DNA of 64,000 bases from Patescibacteria group bacterium (GTDB lineage: Bacteria; Patescibacteriota; Minisyncoccia; Moranbacterales; DUUL01). This document shows positions 18,867 through 28,836 of the stretch, in pieces. The notes under the pieces were generated by a model. That model was given only the letters and a program-made list of their open reading frames with translations. It made no database searches and was not told the DNA's origin. Position 1 is the first letter of the stretch. Each line of letters opens with the position of its first letter. The position numbers and the translations under genes are program-made. The stretch spans positions 62,020-126,019 of the forward strand of contig JAYEFY010000048.1 in the NCBI GenBank assembly GCA_034658815.1. The letters are read 5' to 3'.

Positions 18867-18983
18867 ATTTTTGCTAACGCCCTGCCCTGCCTACTTCTGC
18901 CTACCCGGTAAGCAGGCGCTTGCAAGCAGCGAGGCAACGTTTCGCCTTTCATGAAAGGCGGGGCAGGCAGCTAGGTTGGGAGC
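18867..18983 (+). repeat. GC-rich modular intergenic repeat, family 2 long copy
   Basis: aatttttgctaacgccctgccctgcc...internal hairpins (cgcttgc-aa-gcagcg, gcctttc-atg-aaaggc)...ggcggggcaggcagctaggttgggagc. Runs into the putative start of the LTD protein. Confidence 0.45.
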
Positions 18984-21246
18984 AGTGCCAATAAGAAATA
19001 AGAATAAAAATAAGAATTTGCGCCAGCCAGTACTTTTTTGCGCACTGGCCTGTTTTTGTTTTGGAGCCGCTTTTCTTGTTTTGAATGCAAATGCTGGTGA
19101 AATAAATGTTGGAAATGCTGTGAAGCATGTTGTAGCAGACGATAATATTTTGAATGACGGCAATGAGAAAGAAAATGAAAAGAATGAGAAGGGCAAAAAT
19201 AGTGAAGTTGAAAACACTCAAGGGATGAAAAAGGAAAAAGAAGATAATGAAGCTGAAGAAACTTCAGAAAAAAAAGGAGAAAAGAAAAATGAAATAAAAA
19301 TAGAAGAAAAAAACACAGGAGAAAAAAATCCGGAAACGGGCAAAAATAGTGAAGAAGTCAAAGATGGGCAGGGAGAGGCGAAAAATGTTGAAAAAGGAAC
19401 AGTTAGAGAAAAAAATAAAAGCACAGTAAAAAGGTTAAATGAAGGAAGTAGAAATGAGATTCCGGAAAAGGATGAAAAGGAGAAAGAAGGTGAAGGGAGA
19501 ATGATTGGATTGGTAATTAATGAAATTATGCTTGGCGATGGGAAAAGCTCAAAGAATGAATTTATTGAGCTTTACAATTTTTCAAACAAGAAAATTGATC
19601 TAGACGGCTTTTCATTGAAAAAAAGAACAAAAAGCGGCAGAGAAAGTAATTTGGTAAGTTCCGCAAAATTTTCGGGCAGTATTCAAGCAAGAGGATTTTT
19701 TGTGATTGCTCATCCAAATTATGCAGAAGCCATCAATGCGGATTTAAGATATTCAGGAGCCTCTTATTCAATTTCAAGGAATAATTCGATTTTTTTACGC
19801 AACTCGGACAAGGAAACCATTGATGTTTTGGGATGGGGAGAATGTTCGGGAGCCTGCGTCAAAGACGCTATTTGCAAAAGCAATCCCCCCAATGGACAAA
19901 GTTTAAGCAGAAAAGGATCAAACAAGCCTAAAAGTGAAAATGCCGAAGAGTTTGAAATTACCAGCATTGTAACGCCGGGAGAAAAGAACATTTTTTCAAG
20001 CAGAGTTAAATATCCTAAAGACATTTTCCTTAATGAGATTCTGCCTAATCCTGACGGCAGGGATAAAAATTCCGAGTGGGTTGAACTGCGAAACGAAAAT
20101 AAAAAAGAAATTTCACTAGACAGATGGAGCATTCAAAATCGCTCGGGGAAAAGATTCAAATTAGAAGATCTTACAATAAAACCCAAAGAACTGAGAGTCA
20201 TTTTTTTGAAAAACACCAGTTTTGTAATTCGTAATTCAAAAGAGAATTTACAGCTTATTGATCCGGCAGGAAATATTGTTGATGTTGTTGAGATCAAAGG
20301 ATCCGCGCCTTCCGGAATTTCTTATGGTTGGAGTACAGAAAGAGGATGGAGCTGGAACAGAAAAATTTCACCGGGCTCTTCCAATGTCATAAACAAACTG
20401 CCAAAAATCCACGTTAAAAAACAAAAAAAGATTTATAAAGATACTTATGCCGTGTTTGACGCGTCCAAAACAAAAGATGAAAATGGCGATAAGCTTAAAT
20501 TTCGCTGGGATTTTGGAGATGAGCATCGGAGTTATTTGAAAGAAACAAGACATAAATACGCCGAAACAGGAACATTCCACGTGTCCCTGGAAGTCAATGA
20601 CGGATATGAGATGGCGAGTAAGCATTTTAAAATTCGTGTAAGAAAATATCCCCGTTATAATTTACAAATAGTTCGGCTCATTCCAAATCCATCCGGATCT
20701 GATAGGGGCAATGAGTCAGTAATAATACGAAACAATACAAGAAAGAAAATAAATTTATGCGGATACTATGTTGCGACAGGAAGGAATAAAAGGATGAGCT
20801 TAAGGCATCCGATATATGATGATTTTATTATTGGTTCACGCAAAGAGAAGTCATTAAAGAATAGCGATATTTGTAAATTTTCACTCTATAATACAAAAGG
20901 AGCTGTTGTGCTTCTTGCTCCCGACGGAAGCAGAATAGATTCGGTGAAATATCAAAAAGATAAAATAGGCGACGATGACATTTATTTTAAAAATGATGAT
21001 AATACATGGGAATGGATTGAAGCAAAAGACGGTTCCTCAAAGGCAAACGCGGTTGCTGTTATTGATAAAAAGACCGAAGAAATTCAACAACAATTCCAAT
21101 GGTACAGGGTAACTAGGAATGAAAAACTGACAATATGTGAAACGGGCAGAAAACAGAAAATTGCAAATTGGATAAATAAAAGGAAAACGTGGCTTCAATA
21201 TTTAGAAAAAATTCTCAAAACACAGATTTTTGTTTTTGACGTGTAA
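18976..21246 (+). CDS. secreted protein with three lamin-tail domains (LTD) and a PKD domain
   Basis: Signal-peptide-like N-terminus. INEIMLGDG...EFIELYN, LNEILPNPDGRD..EWVELRN and RLIPNPSGSDRGNESVIIRN are LTD signatures. WDFGDEH...TGTFHVSLEVNDG is a PKD signature. The track start is a TTG and the true start is uncertain. Confidence 0.7.
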   Translation: MGAVPIRNKNKNKNLRQPVLFCALACFCFGAAFLVLNANAGEINVGNAVKHVVADDNILNDGNEKENEKNEKGKNSEVENTQGMKKEKEDNEAEETSEKKGEKKNEIKIEEKNTGEKNPETGKNSEEVKDGQGEAKNVEKGTVREKNKSTVKRLNEGSRNEIPEKDEKEKEGEGRMIGLVINEIMLGDGKSSKNEFIELYNFSNKKIDLDGFSLKKRTKSGRESNLVSSAKFSGSIQARGFFVIAHPNYAEAINADLRYSGASYSISRNNSIFLRNSDKETIDVLGWGECSGACVKDAICKSNPPNGQSLSRKGSNKPKSENAEEFEITSIVTPGEKNIFSSRVKYPKDIFLNEILPNPDGRDKNSEWVELRNENKKEISLDRWSIQNRSGKRFKLEDLTIKPKELRVIFLKNTSFVIRNSKENLQLIDPAGNIVDVVEIKGSAPSGISYGWSTERGWSWNRKISPGSSNVINKLPKIHVKKQKKIYKDTYAVFDASKTKDENGDKLKFRWDFGDEHRSYLKETRHKYAETGTFHVSLEVNDGYEMASKHFKIRVRKYPRYNLQIVRLIPNPSGSDRGNESVIIRNNTRKKINLCGYYVATGRNKRMSLRHPIYDDFIIGSRKEKSLKNSDICKFSLYNTKGAVVLLAPDGSRIDSVKYQKDKIGDDDIYFKNDDNTWEWIEAKDGSSKANAVAVIDKKTEEIQQQFQWYRVTRNEKLTICETGRKQKIANWINKRKTWLQYLEKILKTQIFVFDV

Positions 21247-21330
21247 TTGTGATAAGGTATAATTGTGAGGAATGAAGCTTTTCAATAAAACGCAAAACAC
21301 AAAACAATAACTAATAATAAAAAAACAAAA

Positions 21331-21834
21331 ATGAAAAAAATTCTACTAGCCCTCGTAATAGTGGCGGTTTTTGTTATTATTGTGCTTGGGTTCACAATTA
21401 TGAAAACAAAACAACAAAATCTGCTTAACCAACGATCTTCCAAGCAACAAGAACAGAACAATCAAAGTGAACGTCAAAACAAAAATGATGCCACGAGTGA
21501 GTTTATTAATGGAGTAACGGAATCAAAAGAATTCATTGGAGTAATTGATACAGTTTATGTTCCCAAAGGAAAAGATGTCTGTTTTTTCAAAATTGAAGCT
21601 GATATTATTAATGTTGATGGGCTCAAAGATGTTGATTTTGCACGAAAATCAATGGAATTGCCAATGATAAAGCAGGTATATCGTGTTGCTGTTGATGATA
21701 ACACGAAACTCAAGAATGTTGATAAAAAAGAAGATATTGAATCCGGTAATATGGTAAGAGTGGTGTCCGGCTCAAGTATTTATGACATAAAAAAGTTTAC
21801 TGCTTTAGAAGTCGAAGTTATTGCAGTGCGTTAA
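21331..21834 (+). CDS. hypothetical membrane-anchored protein
   Basis: N-terminal TM helix, Q/N-rich linker, no recognisable motifs. Confidence 0.4.
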   Translation: MKKILLALVIVAVFVIIVLGFTIMKTKQQNLLNQRSSKQQEQNNQSERQNKNDATSEFINGVTESKEFIGVIDTVYVPKGKDVCFFKIEADIINVDGLKDVDFARKSMELPMIKQVYRVAVDDNTKLKNVDKKEDIESGNMVRVVSGSSIYDIKKFTALEVEVIAVR

Positions 21835-21880
21835 ATAATGCGCAAAAACACAATTCTTTATAACTATAAATACGAGATCA

Positions 21881-24800
21881 ATGATTAGATATTCCACTTT
21901 CCATAAATTTACAGGAATCGTAGCTGCGATTTTTGTGCTCGCGGTTATTGGTGTCGCAAAACATACACAGGCGGCAGTTCCTATTATCTCATTCTCTGCT
22001 GATTTGACTGTGATTCCGGTTAATACTTCAACGAATCTTAATTGGGACGTATCAGATGCGGTTTCCTGCACGGCATCCGGATCATGGGGCGGCAATCAGC
22101 CATTGTCAGGTACATATGATACGGGGAATTTGCTAAGCGACGCAACATATGTTTTAACATGCGTGGGCGATTTTGGAGAAACAAATTCAAGCCAAGTAAC
22201 AATTACTGTCGCTGATCCGCCGGAACTGACATTTTTTGCCGACAACACGACTATTCCATATAATACTTCAACTGACTTAAACTGGTCGTCGACTAATGCT
22301 GATTCATGCATTGCTTCCGGAGCATGGTCTGGCGATGTCGGAGTATTCGGAACATATAACACCGGAAATCTTATTTCCTCAAAAACATATACGCTTCAGT
22401 GCGCTGGTCCCGGAGGGACAGCCATGAAATCAGTACAAATTACGATCGAATCGCCGACATTACCGCCGGAACTTGATTTTAGCGCTGACAATTATTTTAT
22501 TGAATATAACGAATCGGTAACTTTACAATGGAGTTCAACGAATACTGATGCTTGTGTTGCTTCAGGGTCATGGTCAGGGGCAAAACCTCTTTCCGGAACG
22601 CAGGGCTCGGGTAATCTTCAGAGTGATAAGAATTATGTATTAACGTGTACCGGGGAAGGAGGGAGTATCACGCGATTTGTGGCAATTGTTGTCGCGCCGC
22701 AAGTTACTGATCCTCCCGAACTTACGTTTACGGCTGACGATCAAGATATAGACTATGGTACGTCAACAACCTTAAATTGGACTTCAATTAATGCGCATAC
22801 CTGCACGGCGTCCGGATCATGGAGCGGCAACCGGCCGTTATCGGGTACATATGATACCGGAGCATTATACGCAACAAAGGCATATACTTTAACTTGCGTA
22901 GGTGATGGTGGAAGCGTTTCGCAAAAGATCACAATTAATGTCGGCGAAAACCCATTTCCTTCGCCGACATTGAGTTTTACTGCCGATAATAATGCGATCC
23001 CATACGATTCTTCAACGAATTTAAATTGGAGTGTGGCAAACGCGACATCTTGCACGGCGTCAAAAGCATGGTCAGGGGCAAAATCGCTTACAGGCAGTGA
23101 AAATACGGGGAATTTAACAAGCGATAAAATATATCGATTAACCTGTACGGGACCGGGCGGCTCAGCAACAAAAGACGTGGCAGTCATAGTCGGTGATCCC
23201 ACTGTTCCGCCGAGTGTTTCCTTTTGGGCTGATGATTATAGCGTGAATTATAATTCCGGGACAGTTGTTAGATGGACGTCTGATGACGCGAATTGGTGCC
23301 AACTTTCATATGGCGCTTCAACGGAAAATGTTGCGCTTGATGGCAGTTACGCGACGGGAAATCTATTTGACAACACAATCTATTCTCTATCATGCGGGAA
23401 CGCGTCCGGAACAACCACAAGAACGCTAACGATTACAGTGAATATGGTTGGACCCGCGCCGACGATTAATTTGTGGGCTGACGAGAATCCGATTGATTAC
23501 GGTTCTTCGACTACTGTTCGCTGGACAACTGCGAATGCCGATGAATGCCAGATGTCCGGTGTCGGCGATGTCTCTGTAAACGGATCAATCGGAACAGGAA
23601 CATTGTATAGTCCGAAAACGTACACATTGTACTGTGTCGGACCCGGAGGGGAAGATGAGGACAGTTTAACGATCAATATTCGTGAAGATACAATTCCTTC
23701 TGATCCGCCTGATCTGTTGTTTTGGGCTGACAGCTATTTGCTTCTGGAAGGAGAAAATACTGACTTGCATTGGATTGCGTCAAATGCTGATTGGTGCCAG
23801 GCTTCATTGGGATGGTCGGGAAGCAAACCAACCAGCGGTGATCAGAATACCGGATCGTTGTATACCACTACCAGTTACAAATTGAAATGTGGAAACATTC
23901 GGGGAAGCGTATCAAAAACGCTTACGATTGAAATTGGAAACTTGCCTGACGTACAGTTGGATTTTTGGGCCGATGAATACAGTGTTCCGAATAATGGCAA
24001 CACAACTTTGCGTTGGAATTCAGCAAACGCGAACTATTGCCGGACTCTTGGAGGTGAATGGGGTTGGAATAACCCCAAGCCGCTTAATGGAACGGAAAAT
24101 ACCGGACCACTTTCGAATTACGCGAATTTATATGTTTTGCAATGCGTAAACTGGCTTTCATCGGAAACGAAGTCCGTAACAATATTTGCGGGTGATCCTC
24201 CTCCAAGCGTGTCATTCTACGCGGCCAGTTATACTATTGGTTATAATACGCCGGCAACACTCTTTTGGAATGCGTTTAATTCCACATATTGTGAAGCCTG
24301 GTCGAATAATCCGGAGGAACTAACCTGGAACGAAAATAACATGGTAGTTTCCGGATCGCAGCAGACAACAAATCTTAGGAGTAATACCAGGTTCTATATT
24401 CGCTGTTATGGTCCCGGCGGGACCATAACGAAAAGATTAACAGTAAGGGTAGCGTCTCCGAACGCTCAAGTTCCGACAATAAGCTTTTGGGCGGATGACT
24501 ATATTGTACCCGAAAACGGATCTACCGTTGTGCATTGGACAAGCCAGAACGCGGATGGATGCAAGGCCATTTCAACTCCTGATGTCGTTGGGTGGAGCGG
24601 AAATAAAACGACAAGCGGAAACAATAACGTAGGGCCATTTATTCAAAATTCGGAACTGCAGCTTATTTGCTGGAACGGGTCAGCGTCCAGTTCAGCGATA
24701 CTTAATATTCAGGTCGGGGAAGGTACGATTGCGAGACCAAGCTTAAGTTTCTGGGCGGATGCTTATTCTTTGGCAGCCGGAGATTCCACGTGGCTTCGCT

Positions 24801-25675
24801 GGAGTGTACTTAACGCTAATGGCGGCACTTGCGTAGCTTCAGGAGACTGGAGCGGCAATAAAAGTACGGGAACAGGCAGTGAAAACACCGGTCCGATAGC
24901 GGTGCCTAAACATTATATTCTCACATGCAGTAATGAAGCAGGAGAAGTCTCGAGCTTTGTTGATATAAACGTAGGAGGACCGGCTGCTCCGCCTACACTG
25001 ACATTTCTTGCTGATGACTATGATATCGAAGACGGACAGGAAGTAATGCTGACATGGACAAGTACCAATGCGGCAAATTGTTTTGCAACCAATGATCCAT
25101 CCGGGCAATGGAGCGGAAGTGTGATGTTAAACGGCAATAAAAATGTTACGCCGCATTTTACGACAACATACGCATTAACGTGTATAGGGGACGGAGGCAG
25201 TATTACGGTAAATGTGCGGGTTTCAGTAGCCAAAGTTATTGTTTGCCCTTCAGATGTACAACTCAAAAAAGGCAGAATCAGGCAGCTTGAGGCGTGGTAC
25301 AAAGAAGATGCTGATATTAATTTCTCATGCGAGAATCTTGCCGGGGCAATGAATGTAACAAGTAAAACCGTTCCGTTTCCAACCAGCTGGTCTACTTCTG
25401 ACAGCAGTCTTGTTTCTCTGCAGGGAACGCCGGGTTTGATCAAAGCAGAGGATTATACTATGGGAACGGTAAATGTGTGTGCGGAATATAAAGAAATTAA
25501 GGGGTGCGCCGGAGTGCAAGTTGTCTTAACATGCTGGCAATGCGAAACTGACGGATCATGCTCTCCCGTTCCCGTTCCGCATGACACATGTCCGGAACCG
25601 TATTTTTCAGATAAAGCGTCATGCCTGCGTGTTTGCGGGTTAAAGTGGGGAAGTTGGAGAGAAGTTACTCCGTAA
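21881..25675 (+). CDS. giant cell-surface protein with ~13 tandem ~90-aa Ig-like repeats, a Big_2-like domain and a Cys-rich C-terminus
   Basis: N-terminal signal/TM. Repeat consensus P.L.F.AD......STNLNW.S.NA..C.ASG.WSG...L.GT..TGNL.....Y.L.C.G.GG. C-terminal ...CWQCETDGSCSP...C...CGL. Confidence 0.75.
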   Translation: MIRYSTFHKFTGIVAAIFVLAVIGVAKHTQAAVPIISFSADLTVIPVNTSTNLNWDVSDAVSCTASGSWGGNQPLSGTYDTGNLLSDATYVLTCVGDFGETNSSQVTITVADPPELTFFADNTTIPYNTSTDLNWSSTNADSCIASGAWSGDVGVFGTYNTGNLISSKTYTLQCAGPGGTAMKSVQITIESPTLPPELDFSADNYFIEYNESVTLQWSSTNTDACVASGSWSGAKPLSGTQGSGNLQSDKNYVLTCTGEGGSITRFVAIVVAPQVTDPPELTFTADDQDIDYGTSTTLNWTSINAHTCTASGSWSGNRPLSGTYDTGALYATKAYTLTCVGDGGSVSQKITINVGENPFPSPTLSFTADNNAIPYDSSTNLNWSVANATSCTASKAWSGAKSLTGSENTGNLTSDKIYRLTCTGPGGSATKDVAVIVGDPTVPPSVSFWADDYSVNYNSGTVVRWTSDDANWCQLSYGASTENVALDGSYATGNLFDNTIYSLSCGNASGTTTRTLTITVNMVGPAPTINLWADENPIDYGSSTTVRWTTANADECQMSGVGDVSVNGSIGTGTLYSPKTYTLYCVGPGGEDEDSLTINIREDTIPSDPPDLLFWADSYLLLEGENTDLHWIASNADWCQASLGWSGSKPTSGDQNTGSLYTTTSYKLKCGNIRGSVSKTLTIEIGNLPDVQLDFWADEYSVPNNGNTTLRWNSANANYCRTLGGEWGWNNPKPLNGTENTGPLSNYANLYVLQCVNWLSSETKSVTIFAGDPPPSVSFYAASYTIGYNTPATLFWNAFNSTYCEAWSNNPEELTWNENNMVVSGSQQTTNLRSNTRFYIRCYGPGGTITKRLTVRVASPNAQVPTISFWADDYIVPENGSTVVHWTSQNADGCKAISTPDVVGWSGNKTTSGNNNVGPFIQNSELQLICWNGSASSSAILNIQVGEGTIARPSLSFWADAYSLAAGDSTWLRWSVLNANGGTCVASGDWSGNKSTGTGSENTGPIAVPKHYILTCSNEAGEVSSFVDINVGGPAAPPTLTFLADDYDIEDGQEVMLTWTSTNAANCFATNDPSGQWSGSVMLNGNKNVTPHFTTTYALTCIGDGGSITVNVRVSVAKVIVCPSDVQLKKGRIRQLEAWYKEDADINFSCENLAGAMNVTSKTVPFPTSWSTSDSSLVSLQGTPGLIKAEDYTMGTVNVCAEYKEIKGCAGVQVVLTCWQCETDGSCSPVPVPHDTCPEPYFSDKASCLRVCGLKWGSWREVTP
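21974..25217 (+). repeat. in-frame tandem coding repeats, ~270-bp period, ~13 units (diverged)
   Basis: Periodic recurrence of ...NW.S.NA..C.ASG.WSG... blocks in the translation. Units are ~40-60% identical. Confidence 0.6.
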
Positions 25676-25711
25676 CAGTCTTGTAAAAACTTTTAGGAAC
25701 AGCCTCCATAA

Positions 25712-25747
25712 AACATAAAACCGGATTTTAATGTCCGGTTTTATGTT
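25712..25747. terminator. bidirectional terminator hairpin between convergent surface-protein gene and efp
   Basis: aacataaaaccgga-ttttaa-tgtccggttttatgtt forms a 14-bp stem flanked by A/T runs on both strands. Confidence 0.6.
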
Positions 25748-25749
25748 AT

Positions 25750-25909
25750 TACCTTGAATTACGAAATGGCTTTTACTGCGGTTTCCGCACGAGCGCGATT
25801 TCATCTTTCAAGCTCAATTTTGGTAGCCCTGCTGCGAAAAATCTCGCTTTCAAGCGAACTCGCGCTCGTGCAAAACCCTTGCTACAAACCCATTTCGTAA
25901 TTCAAGGTT
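25750..25909. repeat. ~160-bp extended imperfect palindrome (19-bp perfect outer arms plus nested inner arms)
   Basis: Outer arms accttgaattacgaaatgg / ccatttcgtaattcaaggt. Inner arms ccgcacgagcgcga / tcgcgctcgtgc. Lies in the efp 3' region. Confidence 0.55.
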
Positions 25910-25926
25910 ATTAGAAATGGATAGAT

Positions 25927-26490
25927 CTAATCGTTCACTCTTTCGGCATATTGGCCTGTCTGTGTATTAATGCGGATTTTATCGCCGGTTTTTACAAATA
26001 GGGGAACATTTATTTTTGCTCCGGTTTCTATGGTAACTTGCTTCGAGCCGCCATCAGTTGTATTGCCTCGAATTGACGGTGGCGCCTCGGTAACTTCAAA
26101 TTCCATTTTTATCGGAAGTTCAATGTTAATTGGGCATTCATCAAAATACAAAATGTCGATCTTTGTTTCTTCTGTCAAGAATTTGGCATTTTCTCCAATT
26201 ACAACCGCGTCAATATCAAACTGTTCGTATGATACGCTGTCCATAAAAAAATATCTGTCATTGTTGCTATAAAGGAATTGGGCTTTTTTGGTTTCGATCA
26301 CAGCCAGTTCGATTTTATCAGCGCCTTGAAAAGTTTTGCTAACACAGGATCCTGTCTTGATGTTTTTCAGTTTTGTCCGCAAAACGGCTCCCGCACGTCC
26401 GGTTTTTGAATGTTGTGAAAATAATACGGCAAAAGGTTCGTCATTCACAATGATCTTTGTTCCGACTTTTATTTTAGTAAGAGAGAGCAT
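25927..26490 (-). CDS. efp: elongation factor P
   Basis: Full-length EF-P similarity, three OB/KOW-like domains, KTGRAGAVLRTKLKN loop. Confidence 0.9.
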   Translation of the reverse strand: MLSLTKIKVGTKIIVNDEPFAVLFSQHSKTGRAGAVLRTKLKNIKTGSCVSKTFQGADKIELAVIETKKAQFLYSNNDRYFFMDSVSYEQFDIDAVVIGENAKFLTEETKIDILYFDECPINIELPIKMEFEVTEAPPSIRGNTTDGGSKQVTIETGAKINVPLFVKTGDKIRINTQTGQYAERVND

Positions 26491-26636
26491 AAATAATTGG
26501 CTGAATTATGGAAAGCAAAAAACGCCTCTTTGTGCCTGCACAACTTTAAAGCGTGAAAAGGCTGTCTTCAAATTAACTTCTGCTCAAAATCGTTAATTTT
26601 AATTCACAGAGCCCATTTGAAAATAGTCCCATAAAT

Positions 26637-26849
26637 TTAACGGGCAACAAACGGTAAAAGACCGATAATACGCGAACGTTTAATGGCTTTTGAGAGAACC
26701 CGTTGATGTTTTTTACATGTACCTGTCCTCCGAGTCGGAATAATTTTTCCAACAGTATTGATAAACCGCCGCAATAAAATCACGTCCTTATAATCTATTT
26801 GCTTGATATCATTCGCGCAAAAATAACAGTTCTTTGAATCGTTTGTCAT
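26637..26849 (-). CDS. rpsR: 30S ribosomal protein S18
   Basis: [50 protein letters not shown] matches the S18 core. Confidence 0.85.
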   Translation of the reverse strand: MTNDSKNCYFCANDIKQIDYKDVILLRRFINTVGKIIPTRRTGTCKKHQRVLSKAIKRSRIIGLLPFVAR

Positions 26850-26869
26850 GATATGTCGATATATAATCG

Positions 26870-27349
26870 TTAAAATGGGATATCTTCGACTTTGATCTCC
26901 TCCTTGTCTTCATCAATATCAATGGTCGGAATTTGTTCAGGTGACGGAATCGATATTTTGTCTTCGGGTTGCACAGCATCAGGATTTGGTGCTGCGGCAC
27001 TTGCGCCTTCATACTCTCCTTTTCTGGAAAGCATAATCGCACTTTCAGCGACAATTTCGGAAGTATATCGCTTTTGCCCCTGCCGATCTTCCCATGTTCG
27101 ATGGTTGAGCCGTCCCTCAATATAAACTTTCATGCCTTTTTTCATGTACTGTGAACATATTTCCGCGAGCTTGCCCCAAGCAACGATGTTGTGATATTGG
27201 GCATCCTCATTAAATTCACCGGTGGCTTGATTTTTCCAGCGGCGGTTTGTCGCGATGCGAAAACTTGTTACATTTTGGCCGTTTTGCGTTGTACGCATTT
27301 CCGGATCGTTGACGATATTGCCAATAAACATTACCTTGTTCAAATCCAT
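26870..27349 (-). CDS. ssb: single-stranded DNA-binding protein
   Basis: OB fold ([14 protein letters not shown]...), acidic C-terminal tail ending DIPF. Confidence 0.9.
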   Translation of the reverse strand: MDLNKVMFIGNIVNDPEMRTTQNGQNVTSFRIATNRRWKNQATGEFNEDAQYHNIVAWGKLAEICSQYMKKGMKVYIEGRLNHRTWEDRQGQKRYTSEIVAESAIMLSRKGEYEGASAAAPNPDAVQPEDKISIPSPEQIPTIDIDEDKEEIKVEDIPF

Positions 27350-27380
27350 CGTTTTGTATTAGTGATTAAATTAAATTGTT

Positions 27381-28082
27381 CTAAATGTTTAGGATCTCAT
27401 CAAGTTTTTTATCAAGATCATTGAGCATGTTCTCCCCTTCTTTTTTCGTTGTTGTAGATCTTTTCATCTTCTCTTTCTTTATTTGTTTTTCCTGTGTTGA
27501 TTCTTCGGTTTTCGGTTCAATTTCCTTCTCTACTGCCTCTTTTTTATCTATGTCTTCCTTCTCCATTTCTTTTACTTTTCTTTCTTTCTTTACTTTTATC
27601 TCATCTTCTTTTATCTCTTCATTGTCTTCCACTGCTGTTTTTTCAACTTTTTTCTCCTGGTCTATCTTTTTCTCGGCCAATAATTTTTCTACATCTTCTT
27701 GCTTAAGGATCTTCTTTTTCTCAACTGATTTTTCTTGTATCTGCTCAACTTTTTTCTTTAACAGAGGAAGTTCATCAGCACGGACAATGATATAACGAGC
27801 AATATTTTGATAAAGATTGAGATCTCTTTTAAGTGTTTCTATAACTGACGTATCATGGAGTGTAAAACGAAAAACAGTATAAAAACCGTATAGTTCATGG
27901 TCGATCTTGTATGCCAGTTTTCGTTTGCGATATTCAAGAGTGTCAGTGATCGTGCCTTTATGGGACTCGATCGTCTTCTTCATCTGTTCCTTGATTTTTT
28001 CCAATAATTCAGCCCGTGACTGGAGAACAAGAAAATTAATTTCATATTCCTTGTGATTCTTATGTTCCATATTTTTTGCCAT
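27381..28082 (-). CDS. rpsF: 30S ribosomal protein S6 with long K/E-rich C-terminal extension
   Basis: YEINFLV...G.I......RKLAYKI....GFYTVFRF matches the S6 core. Conserved rpsF-ssb-rpsR order. Confidence 0.8.
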   Translation of the reverse strand: MAKNMEHKNHKEYEINFLVLQSRAELLEKIKEQMKKTIESHKGTITDTLEYRKRKLAYKIDHELYGFYTVFRFTLHDTSVIETLKRDLNLYQNIARYIIVRADELPLLKKKVEQIQEKSVEKKKILKQEDVEKLLAEKKIDQEKKVEKTAVEDNEEIKEDEIKVKKERKVKEMEKEDIDKKEAVEKEIEPKTEESTQEKQIKKEKMKRSTTTKKEGENMLNDLDKKLDEILNI

Positions 28083-28247
28083 TCGAATAAATTAGCGCAA
28101 GTTACTGCTTATAGCTTATATTACATGTTAGATAAACAAAATCCACCCGAAAGTGGTAGGCGGTTTTTCTAATCCGACAAGACGGCGGAAAAACCAGGGT
28201 CATTTAATAACTGCAAAGTATCATTTATTCGTGGAAAAGTCAAATGA

Positions 28248-28550
28248 GTGTCCAAGATGTACTCATCTAGTACAGTTCTAGAAAAATATGTAAAAAACAA
28301 GAAATCAAATGACTATATTTTTGAAAGCACGCGAGGAAGCAAATTAACCGAAAGATCTGTTCAAAAAATATTTAGACAGGCGCTAAAAAAGTCTAAAATA
28401 AAGAGACAAGCAAGTTGTCATAGTCTAAGGCATAGTTTTGCTACGCATTTACTTGAAAACGGAGTTGATATAATATATATACAAGAACTATTGGGACATA
28501 AAAGATTGGAAACAACACGAATTTACCAAGCACTTTTAAATAAAAGATAA
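28248..28550 (+). pseudogene. tyrosine recombinase/integrase, C-terminal catalytic fragment only
   Basis: [36 protein letters not shown] (R...H..R...Y catalytic region). No room upstream for the N-terminal ~200 aa. Very AT-rich. Confidence 0.6.
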
Positions 28551-28572
28551 AATATTATTTATTTATGCTTTT

Positions 28573-28836
28573 ATGTGTTATGTTTATTTATTAAAAAGCA
28601 AAAAGATTGATCATTGGCATTATGTGGGTTCAACAAATAATTTAAAAAAGAGATATAAAGAGCATCAGAAAGGAAAAGTATTCTCTACAAAAAATTATGA
28701 ACCATTTATTTTAATTTATTATGAAGCATTTTTATCAGAGAAAGACGCGAGAGAAAGAGAGAAACAATTAAAATACAAAGGAAATTCTTTAAAGTTTTTG
28801 AAAAAGAGACTTGAGTATAGTTTAATTGAGAATTAA
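28573..28836 (+). CDS. GIY-YIG nuclease family protein
   Basis: VYLLKS...WHYVGSTNNLKKRYKEH and downstream E..Y.EAF....A.ERE.QLK match the GIY-YIG pattern. 87 aa. Confidence 0.7.
   Translation: MCYVYLLKSKKIDHWHYVGSTNNLKKRYKEHQKGKVFSTKNYEPFILIYYEAFLSEKDAREREKQLKYKGNSLKFLKKRLEYSLIEN

Noticed and set aside
27385-27795. + strand Ser/Phe-rich ORFs opposite the rpsF tail
   Set aside because: Antisense shadows of the KE-rich coding repeat. The same applies to the minus ORFs over the rpsA and ftsH tails (54435-55088, 58371-58790) and the ftsK linker.
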